Shown here piece after piece: positions 18,217 to 27,926 of a stretch of DNA of 64,000 bases. Under the pieces are notes generated by a model. It saw only the letters and a list, made by a program, of their open reading frames with translations. It ran no database searches and was not told the origin of the DNA. Position 1 is the stretch's first letter. Every line of letters begins with the position of its first letter. This DNA is from an uncultured Oligoflexia bacterium (lineage in GTDB: Bacteria > Bdellovibrionota > UBA1018 > UBA6935), in contig CAXGWU010000001.1 in assembly GCA_964013565.1 (NCBI GenBank), positions 203,788 to 267,787 of the forward strand, read 5' to 3'. The translations under genes were made by a program, and so were the position numbers.

Positions 18217-18235
18217 ACTTTTAAGGAGCATCGAA

Positions 18236-18943
18236 ATGCCCAAAAGCGTCATACTACTCTCCGGAGGTTTGGATTCAGCGGCGAACCTTGCCATTGCCGT
18301 GGAACAATCAGAACCCGTTCTGGCTTTGACTATGAATTATGGTCAAAGAGCCGCTCTTCGAGAGATCGAGTCTGCTCAAAAATTCTGTGAATACTATGAA
18401 GTTCCTCATGAGGTCTTGGACCTTCCTTGGCTCGGAGAGCTCAGTCATAGTGCTTTAAATCAAACGGATGTTTCGATTCCTCATGTGAAAACCAATGAAC
18501 TAGACGTATTAAAAACGACTCTCGCTTCAGCTCAGAAAGTTTGGGTTCCCAATCGAAATGGTCTTTTTATAGAGATTGCTGCCTCATTTGCGGAGTCTTT
18601 GGGTGCGACCGAAGTGATTGTAGGATTTAATGCAGAAGAAGCAGTGACTTTTCCGGATAACTCGGAAGCTTTCGTTCGCTCAATGAACGACTCTTTGTGT
18701 TACTCCACAGCAAATCGTGTTCAGGTTGTTTCTTATACTCAATCCTGGGTTAAAACTCAGATTGTTCAGAAGTTAGTCGATCTAGGTAATTTTCCATTTG
18801 ATTGGATTTGGAGTTGTTACTATGGTGGAGACACTGCATGTCAGGTCTGTGAATCTTGTGTTCGCTTTCAACGAGCTATTCAATCAGCTCAAGTGGGTGT
18901 CTTTCGAGAAAGTGAAAAAGGTGGATTAGACCCGCAGTTATAA
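18236..18943 (+). CDS. queC: 7-cyano-7-deazaguanine synthase
   Basis: LLSGGLDSAANLAIA (PP-loop SGGxDS) and the C-terminal Zn cluster CQVCESCVRF. Confidence 0.85.
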   Translation: MPKSVILLSGGLDSAANLAIAVEQSEPVLALTMNYGQRAALREIESAQKFCEYYEVPHEVLDLPWLGELSHSALNQTDVSIPHVKTNELDVLKTTLASAQKVWVPNRNGLFIEIAASFAESLGATEVIVGFNAEEAVTFPDNSEAFVRSMNDSLCYSTANRVQVVSYTQSWVKTQIVQKLVDLGNFPFDWIWSCYYGGDTACQVCESCVRFQRAIQSAQVGVFRESEKGGLDPQL

Positions 18944-18952
18944 GGCGGAGCA

Positions 18953-19528
18953 ATGTTTGATCTTCATACGTATTTTCATAAAGAACCCAAAATTTATCGA
19001 GGTCCAGAACTTCGACCTCACTTCCTATTAAGTCAGTTTCAAATCAAAGGAACTGGAGTTGTTGCTTTCATTGGAAAATGTGAAGTTTCAACTGCTGACT
19101 TAGTCGATTGGGAAGATCGATTGAATCAAGATCGAATTTATGCAGAATCAATGCTTCATTTTTTAGGAGAGTTTTTTGGACAAAACCTTGTTGAAATTGT
19201 TTTTTTTCAGCGACTCATGATCTCTATTATTGCAGATGTTTTTAGAAGAAATAGTTCTAAAAAAGTAATTCGCAAAGGTGATGACCTTTTTGTCGATGGA
19301 AAGAAACTCACCGTATCTATTGTCACTTCCTCCGCGGTGTCACAACTCCTTCATATTGGAGTCAATGTTGATTGTACCGGAGCTCCTGTAGAAGCAATTG
19401 GTTTGAACGATTGTGATATTGATCCTCTTTCTTTTGGAAACGAAATTCTTGACCGCATTGAATCCGAATGGGAAGGGGTTCAGTGGGCCTGTGTAAAAGT
19501 AAAACCTGTTGGAGAGTCTCATGCTTAA
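18953..19528 (+). CDS. Hypothetical protein in the queC-hisC operon (possibly queuosine-related by context only)
   Basis: It starts 10 nt after queC and overlaps the hisC start by 20 nt. No motif is recognised. Confidence 0.45.
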   Translation: MFDLHTYFHKEPKIYRGPELRPHFLLSQFQIKGTGVVAFIGKCEVSTADLVDWEDRLNQDRIYAESMLHFLGEFFGQNLVEIVFFQRLMISIIADVFRRNSSKKVIRKGDDLFVDGKKLTVSIVTSSAVSQLLHIGVNVDCTGAPVEAIGLNDCDIDPLSFGNEILDRIESEWEGVQWACVKVKPVGESHA

Positions 19529-20651
19529 GTTTGTTTCTGATTCCATTAAAAACTTAGTTCCTTATCAACCAGGAAAGCCCATTGAAGAAGTTCAACGAGA
19601 ATTAGGAATTGATTATGTTGTTAAGCTTGCTTCAAATGAAAATCCGTTAGGACCCTCTCCTTTAGGATTAACGGCTGCAGAGGAATCTTTATCAACGATT
19701 CATCGTTATCCCGACGGAGGTGCTTTTCATTTAAGAAAAAAATTATCTAAACGCCTTGGAGTGACTACTCAGCAGCTTGTTTTTGGAAATGGATCCAATG
19801 AGGTGATTGAGTTGATTGTTCGTACTTTTTGTAGAAAAGGGGATTCGATTATTACTTCAGAAGGTGCGTTTATTGCTTATTTTTTATGTGCCAAAGCTCA
19901 TGAGGTAAATTGTATTCAAACCCCTCTTTTAAAGGATGGATCATTTGATTTGAATCAGATTGCAGAGGAAGCAATTCAAAATTCTCATGCCAGAGTGATT
20001 TTTCTTCCAAATCCTAATAATCCGACAGGGACTGTTTTTACTGAGGAAGCATTTAGAGCGTTTTATTCAAAAATTAAAAAAGAAAGAAAAGATCCAATCC
20101 TTATTGTTTTTGACGATGCTTATTCTGAATATAGAGATTCTAAAAATTTGCCAGATCCTATTGAGTGGATGAAAAAAGAAAATAATGTTCTTGTGACTCG
20201 AACTTTCTCAAAAGCTTATGGCCTTTCTGGTTTGCGCGTCGGGTATGCTGTTGGACCTGAGGTTTTGATTCAGACGGTTGAAAAAATTAGGGAACCTTTT
20301 AATGTGAATGCTGTTGCGTTAGCCGCAGCCACTGCAGCTTTAGAAGATCAAGGTTTTATCGATAAAACGATACGACTCAATCGAGAAGAAAAATTAAAAT
20401 GGGAATCTTTTTTTAAAAAACATTCAATTCCTTTTTTTTCCAGTCAAGGAAACTTTATTTTGGCAGACTTTCATGCTCGAACGGGAATGAATGGAGTGGA
20501 TGCATTTGAAGAACTTTTAAAAAGGGGAGTTATTCTTAGACCGGTTACCGGTTATGGTTTTCCTCATCACCTTCGTGTCAGCATTGGTACCCAAAAAGAA
20601 AATGAGTATGCGATGACCCAAATTGAGGAGTGGTTTCATGCAATGGGATGA
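19509..20651 (+). CDS. hisC: Histidinol-phosphate aminotransferase
   Basis: KLASNENPLGPSP, the PLP-lysine region FSKAYGLSGLRVGY, and a length of 380 aa. Confidence 0.8.
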   Translation: MESLMLKFVSDSIKNLVPYQPGKPIEEVQRELGIDYVVKLASNENPLGPSPLGLTAAEESLSTIHRYPDGGAFHLRKKLSKRLGVTTQQLVFGNGSNEVIELIVRTFCRKGDSIITSEGAFIAYFLCAKAHEVNCIQTPLLKDGSFDLNQIAEEAIQNSHARVIFLPNPNNPTGTVFTEEAFRAFYSKIKKERKDPILIVFDDAYSEYRDSKNLPDPIEWMKKENNVLVTRTFSKAYGLSGLRVGYAVGPEVLIQTVEKIREPFNVNAVALAAATAALEDQGFIDKTIRLNREEKLKWESFFKKHSIPFFSSQGNFILADFHARTGMNGVDAFEELLKRGVILRPVTGYGFPHHLRVSIGTQKENEYAMTQIEEWFHAMG

Positions 20652-21354
20652 TTTTCCAAAAAAAGGAAAAGTGATCGCAATTGATGGTCCGGCAGGAACA
20701 GGAAAAAGTTCGATTGCTCGTACTTTATCTGAAGACTTAAAATGGAATCATATTGATACAGGTGCTCTTTATCGAAGTATTGCATATTTATGTCTCGAAC
20801 AAGGAATTGACTTAGGAACTCTTGGAGATTCTGAATTTTCTAAAGAATCTCAAAATAAAATCATTGAACTCGCAAAAAAGGCAGATTTTCAATTTGTTCG
20901 TAAAGAAAACCTAAATCCTTCTCTTCGAGTTTTTGTAAATGAAATAGATGTGACCAATGAAATTAGAAGTTCACAGGTCAGTGCAGGGGCTTCTCGAGTT
21001 TCTTCTCTTCCTGAGGTAAGGCAAGCTCTTCTTGAGGTTCAAAGAAAATTAGGGTGCAAAGGAAATAGTTTACTTGAAGGAAGAGATATTGGGACGGTGA
21101 TTTTTCCTGATGCTGATTATAAATTTTATCTCACAGCATCATCTCGTGTGAGGGCTCAAAGACGATTAAAAGACCTTCAAGAGCAAGGAGAGTCTCCTTC
21201 TCTTGAGGATCTTCAGCAACAAATTGAACAACGGGATGAAGCAGATATGAATCGCTCGACTGCACCTTTAAAAAAAGCAGCAGACGCAATTGAAATCGAC
21301 ACGACCGATTTATCTTTTGAACAAGTCATTGAAAAAATGAAATCTTATTTGTGA
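20638..21354 (+). CDS. cmk: Cytidylate kinase
   Basis: IAIDGPAGTGKSSIARTLSEDL...DTGALYRS. The ATG at 20638 overlaps the hisC stop; the track uses TTG at 20623. Confidence 0.85.
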   Translation: MQWDDFPKKGKVIAIDGPAGTGKSSIARTLSEDLKWNHIDTGALYRSIAYLCLEQGIDLGTLGDSEFSKESQNKIIELAKKADFQFVRKENLNPSLRVFVNEIDVTNEIRSSQVSAGASRVSSLPEVRQALLEVQRKLGCKGNSLLEGRDIGTVIFPDADYKFYLTASSRVRAQRRLKDLQEQGESPSLEDLQQQIEQRDEADMNRSTAPLKKAADAIEIDTTDLSFEQVIEKMKSYL

Positions 21355-21362
21355 GGCTGTAA

Positions 21363-22388
21363 ATGGGGGTAAGACTGAAGCTAAATCATTCAAAAATTTT
21401 AGTCATTCGACCCGATCGTCTCGGAGATGTGATTTTGTCCACTCCTGTTTTAGGAACATTGAAATCGGCTTTTCCCGAAGCTCAAATTGACTTTATGGTT
21501 CAGCCGTTTGTACAGTCTCTTTTTGAGTCTCATCCTTGGATTTCAGGGATACTGACCTATGAACCTCAAGGTAGACATCGTGGGGTTTTGGGTTGGTTTC
21601 GATTAGTCCGAGAGATTTCTTCTCGAAAATACGATGCAGCAATTGTACTTCACAGTAATAAAAGAGTGACGGCAGCAGTCGTGGCTTCAATGATTCCTTT
21701 GAGAGTAGGACCTCTTTCGAAATTTCATTCCTATTTATCTTTTAATTTAGGAAAGCGACAAAAAAGATCTTTGGTAAAGATGCATGAACTTGAATATGGA
21801 CTTGATCTTTTAACGGAATTATCTGTTGATCCTTTTTCAAATATTCATTCTCCTCAGATCAGACTTTCTCAAGAATCAAATGAAAAAGCAGTGGAGTGGA
21901 TGAAAACACAACAGCTTGAGTCAGGGTTTGTTGGAATTCACCCAGGAATGGGGGGATCTGCTCTGAACTGGCCAGAAGGTCATTATCAGGAGTTGGTTCG
22001 TAGATTATATGAATCTCAGATTCCTGTTTTAGTGACTGGTGGACCTTCGGAGAAAGAGTTAGTTCAATCCGTTTCTCAGAAACTTCCAGGGGTGTGGACT
22101 TATACAGGTCAGGAGAACCTCGCCTTTTTGGGAGCTTTGATTCGGAACGCATCTGTTTATGTTGCTCCGAGTACAGGCCCACTTCATCTTGCGGCAGCTC
22201 TTGGGGTTCCAGTTGTGAGTTTTTATCCTGATCTTTTAGTTCAAAGTGAAAAAAGATGGGGACCCTGGACTCCTTCTTCTCAGAAAAAAGTTTTTACACC
22301 TTTAATAAAAGGAGAAATGGGAAGTATTTCGGTTGACCTGGCCTTTGATGCAATCCATAGTTTCTTCAAACGATCGGAAGCTTTATGA
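21363..22388 (+). CDS. ADP-heptose:LPS heptosyltransferase (glycosyltransferase family 9)
   Basis: N-terminal KILVIRPDRLGDVILSTPVL and a C-terminal GT9 fold (GPLHLAAALGVPVVSFY). Confidence 0.7.
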   Translation: MGVRLKLNHSKILVIRPDRLGDVILSTPVLGTLKSAFPEAQIDFMVQPFVQSLFESHPWISGILTYEPQGRHRGVLGWFRLVREISSRKYDAAIVLHSNKRVTAAVVASMIPLRVGPLSKFHSYLSFNLGKRQKRSLVKMHELEYGLDLLTELSVDPFSNIHSPQIRLSQESNEKAVEWMKTQQLESGFVGIHPGMGGSALNWPEGHYQELVRRLYESQIPVLVTGGPSEKELVQSVSQKLPGVWTYTGQENLAFLGALIRNASVYVAPSTGPLHLAAALGVPVVSFYPDLLVQSEKRWGPWTPSSQKKVFTPLIKGEMGSISVDLAFDAIHSFFKRSEAL

Positions 22389-23410
22389 CAGAATCTTTTC
22401 AAGCAATTGACCCCACAAATTGGCCTATTGATCAGCTCAAAGAAATTTTAAATCACTTCAAAAAAGTTCCAATCACTGTATTAGGAGATGTAGGAGTGGA
22501 TGGTTACACAATGGGGAGTGTTGATCGAATTTCACCAGAAGCTCCTGTTCCGATTTTAGCGGTTGAAGAAGAAATTCTTAAGTTAGGACTTGCAGCCAAC
22601 GTATCAGATAACCTTCAGACTCTGGGTGCAATTCCTTTAACTGTTGGAGTGGTAGGTGAAGATCGAGGTGCTGAAGATTTAAGAAAATTATTTAAAAAGA
22701 GTGGAATTTCCTCTGAAGGGTTAGTTTCAGATCCTTCTCGAAGAACTGTTTTTAAAGAAAGAATTGTGAGTGGAAACCAACAGCTCTTGCGAGTCGATTA
22801 CGAAACACTTCATTCTATTTCTTCTTCCATTCAAAAAAAGATAGAAGCAGGATTGAAAAAAAGTTTAAAAGTATCCAAAGCGCTTATTATCGAAGATTAT
22901 GCAAAAGGACTTTTAAGTGAATCTTTAATTCAAAATGCAATTTCGCTCGCCAAAAAAGAAGATCTCCCCGTTCTGATTGATCCAAATATGAAAACACCGC
23001 TGGGGTGGTATAAAGGGGCTGCTGTGATGACTCCTAACCAAAAGGAAGCAGAGGCTCTGACGGGAATTTCAATTTATGATGGTGAGTCTTTATTTGAAGC
23101 CGGAGCCATCTTAAAAGAAAAAACAAAGGCTAAGTACATCATTGTTACTTTAGGAAAAAATGGAATGGCTATTTTTGGTCCACGACAAAAACCCAAAGTC
23201 ATTCCTACCTACGCGGTAGAGGTTTATGATGTCTCTGGTGCCGGGGATACGGTCATTTCTGTTTTAGCTCTTGCCCTCTCGAGCGGAGCTTCTGTCGAAG
23301 AGGCGGTTATTTTAAGTAATATTGCAGCAGGAGTTGAAGTGGGTAAGCGAGGAACTGCAACGGTCTCTCGAGAAGAAATCTACGACTCACTCGAAGACCT
23401 CAGTTTTTGA
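22385..23410 (+). CDS. D-glycero-beta-D-manno-heptose-7-phosphate kinase (RfaE domain I, PfkB family)
   Basis: VLGDVGVDGYTMGSVDRISPEAPVPIL and the PfkB motif VSGAGDTVISVLAL. There is a 4-nt overlap with the heptosyltransferase gene. Confidence 0.7.
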   Translation: MTESFQAIDPTNWPIDQLKEILNHFKKVPITVLGDVGVDGYTMGSVDRISPEAPVPILAVEEEILKLGLAANVSDNLQTLGAIPLTVGVVGEDRGAEDLRKLFKKSGISSEGLVSDPSRRTVFKERIVSGNQQLLRVDYETLHSISSSIQKKIEAGLKKSLKVSKALIIEDYAKGLLSESLIQNAISLAKKEDLPVLIDPNMKTPLGWYKGAAVMTPNQKEAEALTGISIYDGESLFEAGAILKEKTKAKYIIVTLGKNGMAIFGPRQKPKVIPTYAVEVYDVSGAGDTVISVLALALSSGASVEEAVILSNIAAGVEVGKRGTATVSREEIYDSLEDLSF

Positions 23411-24147
23411 GGGAGAGTTCCTAATAGTTTTGGAAACGGATTGAGCGTGAAATGAGTGTCTGTTTTTTGTTCGAGTTCATCAAAGTAGGTAAATCCAATT
23501 TTTTGAGATCGAATTTGATAAAAAATCGATTCCATTGAAGAGTGATCTGAAAGCGTTGTTTTCCAAGAAGTGAGGTCTTCTCTTCTTTTAAAATCACTAC
23601 TGGCAATCATCGGAAGGCCCGAGTGAAGGACCTCGCTAAAGAGATGAGATCCACTAGCGATCTCCCAAGCGTCGATGTAGTTTTTGAACTTTTCTTTTTG
23701 AGTCCATAAGGCGAAGGTTTGTTTTTGAAAGCGACGAGTTGAAACCGGATGGGCTGCAATCACTAAGTGCTCAGGATGCTGAACTTTTTCTAGTGTTTCC
23801 AAGAGTTTTCCGTCTCCAGAAAACCAGGTCTGAGGATTTAAAATGACAAGATGAGCTGAACGATAAGGATTAATGGAGTTCTTTTCAATTTCAATACCGC
23901 TAATCACCCTCATTCGGTACTGCTTCCACGCTCTTTTTGCTTCTTTTTCAACTTGAAGGCGATAGAGATCAAATTGAGAGGCACTGATTCCTGGAATAGT
24001 TCTTTGATTTTTTTCTTTGGACTGGGTTCGATCCGTAATGGCGATGACATCAAATCCTGCGTCACCATAACAATCCACAATTTCTGTTAAAGTCAGCTCT
24101 CCGCCACTCCACCGAGAATGAATATGAAAGTCTCCAAGTTTGTTCAT
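23380..24147 (-). CDS. PHP-domain metal-dependent phosphoesterase
   Basis: N-terminal DFHIHSRWSGGELTLTEIVDCYGDAGFDVIAITDR is a PHP-domain His cluster. Confidence 0.55.
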   Translation of the reverse strand: MNKLGDFHIHSRWSGGELTLTEIVDCYGDAGFDVIAITDRTQSKEKNQRTIPGISASQFDLYRLQVEKEAKRAWKQYRMRVISGIEIEKNSINPYRSAHLVILNPQTWFSGDGKLLETLEKVQHPEHLVIAAHPVSTRRFQKQTFALWTQKEKFKNYIDAWEIASGSHLFSEVLHSGLPMIASSDFKRREDLTSWKTTLSDHSSMESIFYQIRSQKIGFTYFDELEQKTDTHFTLNPFPKLLGTLPQKLRSSSES

Positions 24148-24283
24148 GATTTAATTATCGACTGGAATTGTTTGAAAAGGATGAGAGGATGGTCAGAATT
24201 AAAATAAAGAATAGTTATTTTGTCCATTTTTTATTCAGAAAACTTCTCTTTGCCATTTCAGAAGAGGCTGGTATCTAAGTTTT

Positions 24284-25501
24284 ATGTCCGAAAATTTGAA
24301 TGTGAATTTAAAGCAATTTGATTTGTTTAACCCCACAGATGAGCACAAAATGCTCAGGGAGACGGTTCGAGATTTCGTAAAGAACGAAATTGAACCTCAG
24401 GCTCATGAATATGACCGAAAAGAACAGTTTAACCTGCCCTTATTTAGAAAACTCGGGGAGCTTGGGCTTTTAGGGATTACTTCTGATGTTTCGTGTGGGG
24501 GGTCCGGAATGGATGCCATTGCCGCAACTATTGTTCATGAAGAAATTTCTGCTTCTGATCCAGGGTTAGGACTCGCCTATCTTGCTCATGCAATGCTTTG
24601 CGTAAATAATTTGAATCAAAATGCGAGTGAGGAACAAAAACAAAAGTGGCTTCCGCGCCTTTGTAGTGGAGAAGCAGTCGGTGCGATGGGAATGTCAGAA
24701 CCAGCAGTGGGGACTGACGTTCTAAGAATGCAAATGACCGCACAGAAGCAAGGAGATCATTACATCCTCAATGGACGCAAAATGTGGATTACCAATGGAA
24801 CCATTGATGAAAACCAGACTCCCGCTGATGTCATTCTCGTTTATGCAAAAACAGGTGAAAAAAATGGGAGAGCTCAGATTTCCTCCTTTGTCGTTGAAAA
24901 AGGAACTCCTGGATATTCTGTCGGACAAAAGATTAAAGACAAGCTTGGAATGAGAGCATCCAATACTGCTGAAATGGTTTTTGATGATTGTAAAATTCCT
25001 GCAAGTAATCGTTTAGGTGAAGAAGGGGAGTCTCTTCTTCATATGATGAGAAACTTAGAAATTGAACGCTTAACCTTAGCTGCACAGGCAGTAGGAATTG
25101 CTCGAAGATCCATTGAAATTATGAATCGATATGCTTCTGAAAGAGAGGCTTTTGGAAAACCTCTTTCTTATTTTGGCCAAATTCAAAAACATATTGCCGA
25201 CAGTTTTGCTGAATACAGAGCTGCAAAAAGCTATGTTTACGAAGTTGCACGTAAATTAGATTTGTCTTCTGAGGGAAATCGAATGGATTCAGATGGAGTA
25301 AAACTCTTTGCAACGACTGCTGCGAAGAATATTGCAGACCGTGCCATTCAAACCTTAGGGGGATATGGGTACGTTGGGGAGTATCATGTGGAAAGGCTTT
25401 GGAGAGATGCAAAGCTTCTTGAAATTGGTGGTGGAACTTTAGAGGCTCACCAAAAAAACATTACTCGTGATCTCGCTCGAGCAGATGGGTTTGAACTTTA
25501 G
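24284..25501 (+). CDS. Acyl-CoA dehydrogenase (isovaleryl-CoA dehydrogenase-like)
   Basis: ACAD signatures GAMGMSEPAVGTDV, KMWITNG and the C-terminal YEIGGGT-like ELGGGTLEAH. Confidence 0.8.
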   Translation: MSENLNVNLKQFDLFNPTDEHKMLRETVRDFVKNEIEPQAHEYDRKEQFNLPLFRKLGELGLLGITSDVSCGGSGMDAIAATIVHEEISASDPGLGLAYLAHAMLCVNNLNQNASEEQKQKWLPRLCSGEAVGAMGMSEPAVGTDVLRMQMTAQKQGDHYILNGRKMWITNGTIDENQTPADVILVYAKTGEKNGRAQISSFVVEKGTPGYSVGQKIKDKLGMRASNTAEMVFDDCKIPASNRLGEEGESLLHMMRNLEIERLTLAAQAVGIARRSIEIMNRYASEREAFGKPLSYFGQIQKHIADSFAEYRAAKSYVYEVARKLDLSSEGNRMDSDGVKLFATTAAKNIADRAIQTLGGYGYVGEYHVERLWRDAKLLEIGGGTLEAHQKNITRDLARADGFEL

Positions 25502-25522
25502 TTACCGGTTATGATTTTACAA

Positions 25523-26209
25523 TCATAACCAGTCTCTTAATTTTCGGAGAGTCTGATAGCCTTTTGTGTTTTTTAGATTTTCCAGTTGATCTCGCCCCCA
25601 CTTGACCCCTTCCGAAGCAGTTTCTAACGGTTCAGTGTAGGTCCTTTGAGTGATTGAATTGAGGTACTCAACCATTCTTTTCTTTTGTGATTGAAACTGA
25701 TTTGACCATGGATTGATTTTTAATGCGAGAGGTTGAGTGACCTTTTTAAGGTCTTTCATCATTTGAGGGGGTTCTCCCTGAGAGAGTCTAACTGAGTAGA
25801 CAAAAAAGTTTTCAGAAGAAGGGACTCCTAGATGAGATTTGATTACGAGTATTCCTTCGAGAATTTGAAGATTCCAGGGCATTTTTAAACCTTGTTTTTC
25901 TTTAAGCATCAGAATTGCTCTTTGAGTTTCGTCACCCTTGAGATGAAACTCGTAGTAACTTGAATCTTTGTTTTGAATGAGGCTTTCGTTCTTTCGTATG
26001 AATGGGAACGAAGTGTTCATGAAAGTCAGAGTTAATCCTTGAATATCATCAGGTCTTACAGAGGTATCATCGAGATCAATGGTGGGATTGATCTGAAAAG
26101 AGAGTTTTGGAAGACCAAAGAGATGACTACAAAAAGGTTCAGGAGTGACCTTTCCTGGGAGGTTGTGAGCAAAACTGGATAAAGATAAAAGAAGAGCAAA
26201 GAAAATCAT
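25523..26209 (-). CDS. Secreted hypothetical protein
   Basis: Signal peptide MIFFALLLSLSSFA. It is the last gene of the minus-strand operon. Confidence 0.4.
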   Translation of the reverse strand: MIFFALLLSLSSFAHNLPGKVTPEPFCSHLFGLPKLSFQINPTIDLDDTSVRPDDIQGLTLTFMNTSFPFIRKNESLIQNKDSSYYEFHLKGDETQRAILMLKEKQGLKMPWNLQILEGILVIKSHLGVPSSENFFVYSVRLSQGEPPQMMKDLKKVTQPLALKINPWSNQFQSQKKRMVEYLNSITQRTYTEPLETASEGVKWGRDQLENLKNTKGYQTLRKLRDWL

Positions 26210-26265
26210 AGGAGAGACCTATTTTTTTTTAAGCTTTGAGTCAAATTTTAAAAAAAGAGACTAAA

Positions 26266-26964
26266 TCATTTTTTTTTAACGTTTTTAGCAATCCAAGCCT
26301 CTGTGAGGGGAGCGCCACTTGAAGCCGATCTCATCGCCCACAGAATCTCAAGGTCTCTTCGATCTTTAGGTGAAAGTTGCCAATCAGGAGTCTCTCTGAC
26401 GAGCTGAGAGAGGGTATACATGCATAAAGCTGCACTGACCGATATGTTAAAACTTTCTGCAAATCCTCGCATAGGAATACTGAGTCTCACATCACACTGG
26501 TCAAGCGCTTCTGAGGAAAGACCTGTTAATTCTGTTCCAAAAATGAGTGCGGTTTTTTGAGTCATTTTAAAATCAGGAAGTGAAAGAGTAGGAGGGTGAG
26601 GAGTGGTTCCAACGATTAAATAACCTTGGCCTTTTAGTTTTTTTAAACAATCTTTGGTGTTTGAATAGGAGGTCCGTGTAATCCATTTGTCTGTTCCCAT
26701 CGCGATATCTTTTTTGATGGAATAGTCGTTTCTTGATTCTATCGTGTGAAGATCTTGGATCCCAAATGCATCCGCGCTTCTCATGACCGCACTTGCGTTG
26801 TGTCCTTGGTAAACATCCTCGAGAACGACGCAGAGTTTTCTTGTTCTTTCTGAAAGGACTCGGTCAATCGATGCTTTTCTTGCGTCTGTTAAAAAATCAT
26901 AAAGATAATTCTTCAATGCTTCTTTTTGAGACTCAGAGAGGTGATCAAGATGTCGTGGATCCAT
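26266..26964 (-). CDS. trmH: SpoU-family RNA 2'-O-methyltransferase (TrmH-like)
   Basis: VVLEDVYQGHNASAVMRSADAFGIQDLH and the C-terminal SPOUT motifs LIFGTELTGLS and SIPMRGFAESFNISVSAAL. Confidence 0.7.
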   Translation of the reverse strand: MDPRHLDHLSESQKEALKNYLYDFLTDARKASIDRVLSERTRKLCVVLEDVYQGHNASAVMRSADAFGIQDLHTIESRNDYSIKKDIAMGTDKWITRTSYSNTKDCLKKLKGQGYLIVGTTPHPPTLSLPDFKMTQKTALIFGTELTGLSSEALDQCDVRLSIPMRGFAESFNISVSAALCMYTLSQLVRETPDWQLSPKDRRDLEILWAMRSASSGAPLTEAWIAKNVKKK

Positions 26965-26966
26965 TT

Positions 26967-27887
26967 TTAAAAGGTAGTAATCCAGTTTTGTGCATACTCG
27001 GGAAGATTGCCTCGCACCATCGCTGCATAATCTTCTTTCATTTGAACAGAAAGAGATCCAGGAGTTCCATTTCCAATGATCCGATGATCAATTTCACGAA
27101 CAGGAGTAATCTCAGCAGCCGTTCCTGTCAGAAAAACTTCGTCTGCACACCACAGTTCGTCACGAGTAAAGCGTTGTTCTTCGACAGTATAGCCTTTGTG
27201 TCTTAGATGTTGAATGACAGTCTGTCGTGTAATTCCTGAGAGTACGGCAGTCAGAGGTGTTGTTTTAACGATTCCATCTTTCACCATAAAGATATTCTCC
27301 CCAGATCCTTCTGCTAAAAATCCATCTTTGTCTAAAAAGAGACCTTCATCATATCCATCATTAATCGCTTCAGACTTCGCAAGGACGCTGGTTACATATT
27401 GTCCGGTAATTTTTCCTCGGGTCATTATTGAATTGACGTGAGGTCGAATAAAACTTGAAGTTTTTAAACGAACTCCTTTGGAAACCCCTTCGTCACCTAA
27501 ATAACTTCCCCATTCCCAGTTAAGAATAGCCATTCGAACCGGAGCGGGGTTTCCAGGGTGAATTCCTAAAGGACCTTCACCGATAAATCCAATTGGACGG
27601 ATATAACACTCCTTAAAGCCATTTTTCTGGGTAATTTCAACGGCTGCTTGGCATAATTGTTCTGATGTATAAGGAAGCGGAATTCCTAAAATTTTCCAAG
27701 ATTCAACAAAACGATCCATGTGCTCTTTGAGTCTAAAAATTCCAGCTTTTCCGTCTTTTTGTTCATAGGCACGAATCCCTTCAAAGACTCCCACTCCGTA
27801 ATGAAGTGCATGTGTAAAAAGACTGATCCGAGTCTCTTCTTCAGGTAAAATTTTTCCATCAAGCCATACTAAGTTGCCACGCGCCAT
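26967..27887 (-). CDS. ilvE: Branched-chain amino acid aminotransferase
   Basis: Class IV aminotransferase: GVFEGIRAY and ECYIRP. Length 306 aa. Confidence 0.8.
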   Translation of the reverse strand: MARGNLVWLDGKILPEEETRISLFTHALHYGVGVFEGIRAYEQKDGKAGIFRLKEHMDRFVESWKILGIPLPYTSEQLCQAAVEITQKNGFKECYIRPIGFIGEGPLGIHPGNPAPVRMAILNWEWGSYLGDEGVSKGVRLKTSSFIRPHVNSIMTRGKITGQYVTSVLAKSEAINDGYDEGLFLDKDGFLAEGSGENIFMVKDGIVKTTPLTAVLSGITRQTVIQHLRHKGYTVEEQRFTRDELWCADEVFLTGTAAEITPVREIDHRIIGNGTPGSLSVQMKEDYAAMVRGNLPEYAQNWITTF

Positions 27888-27926
27888 AAAATTCCTTTCA
27901 AGGGTCTTAGGTTTCCCAAAATCCCC

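Noticed and set aside
18100-18235. Canonical preQ1-I aptamer upstream of queC
   Set aside because: The stem-loop cccag.../ctggg is followed by AUUUCUUCAGUUAAA rather than the conserved A-rich AAAAAACUA tail. No confident match, so it is reported only as an uncharacterised structured leader.
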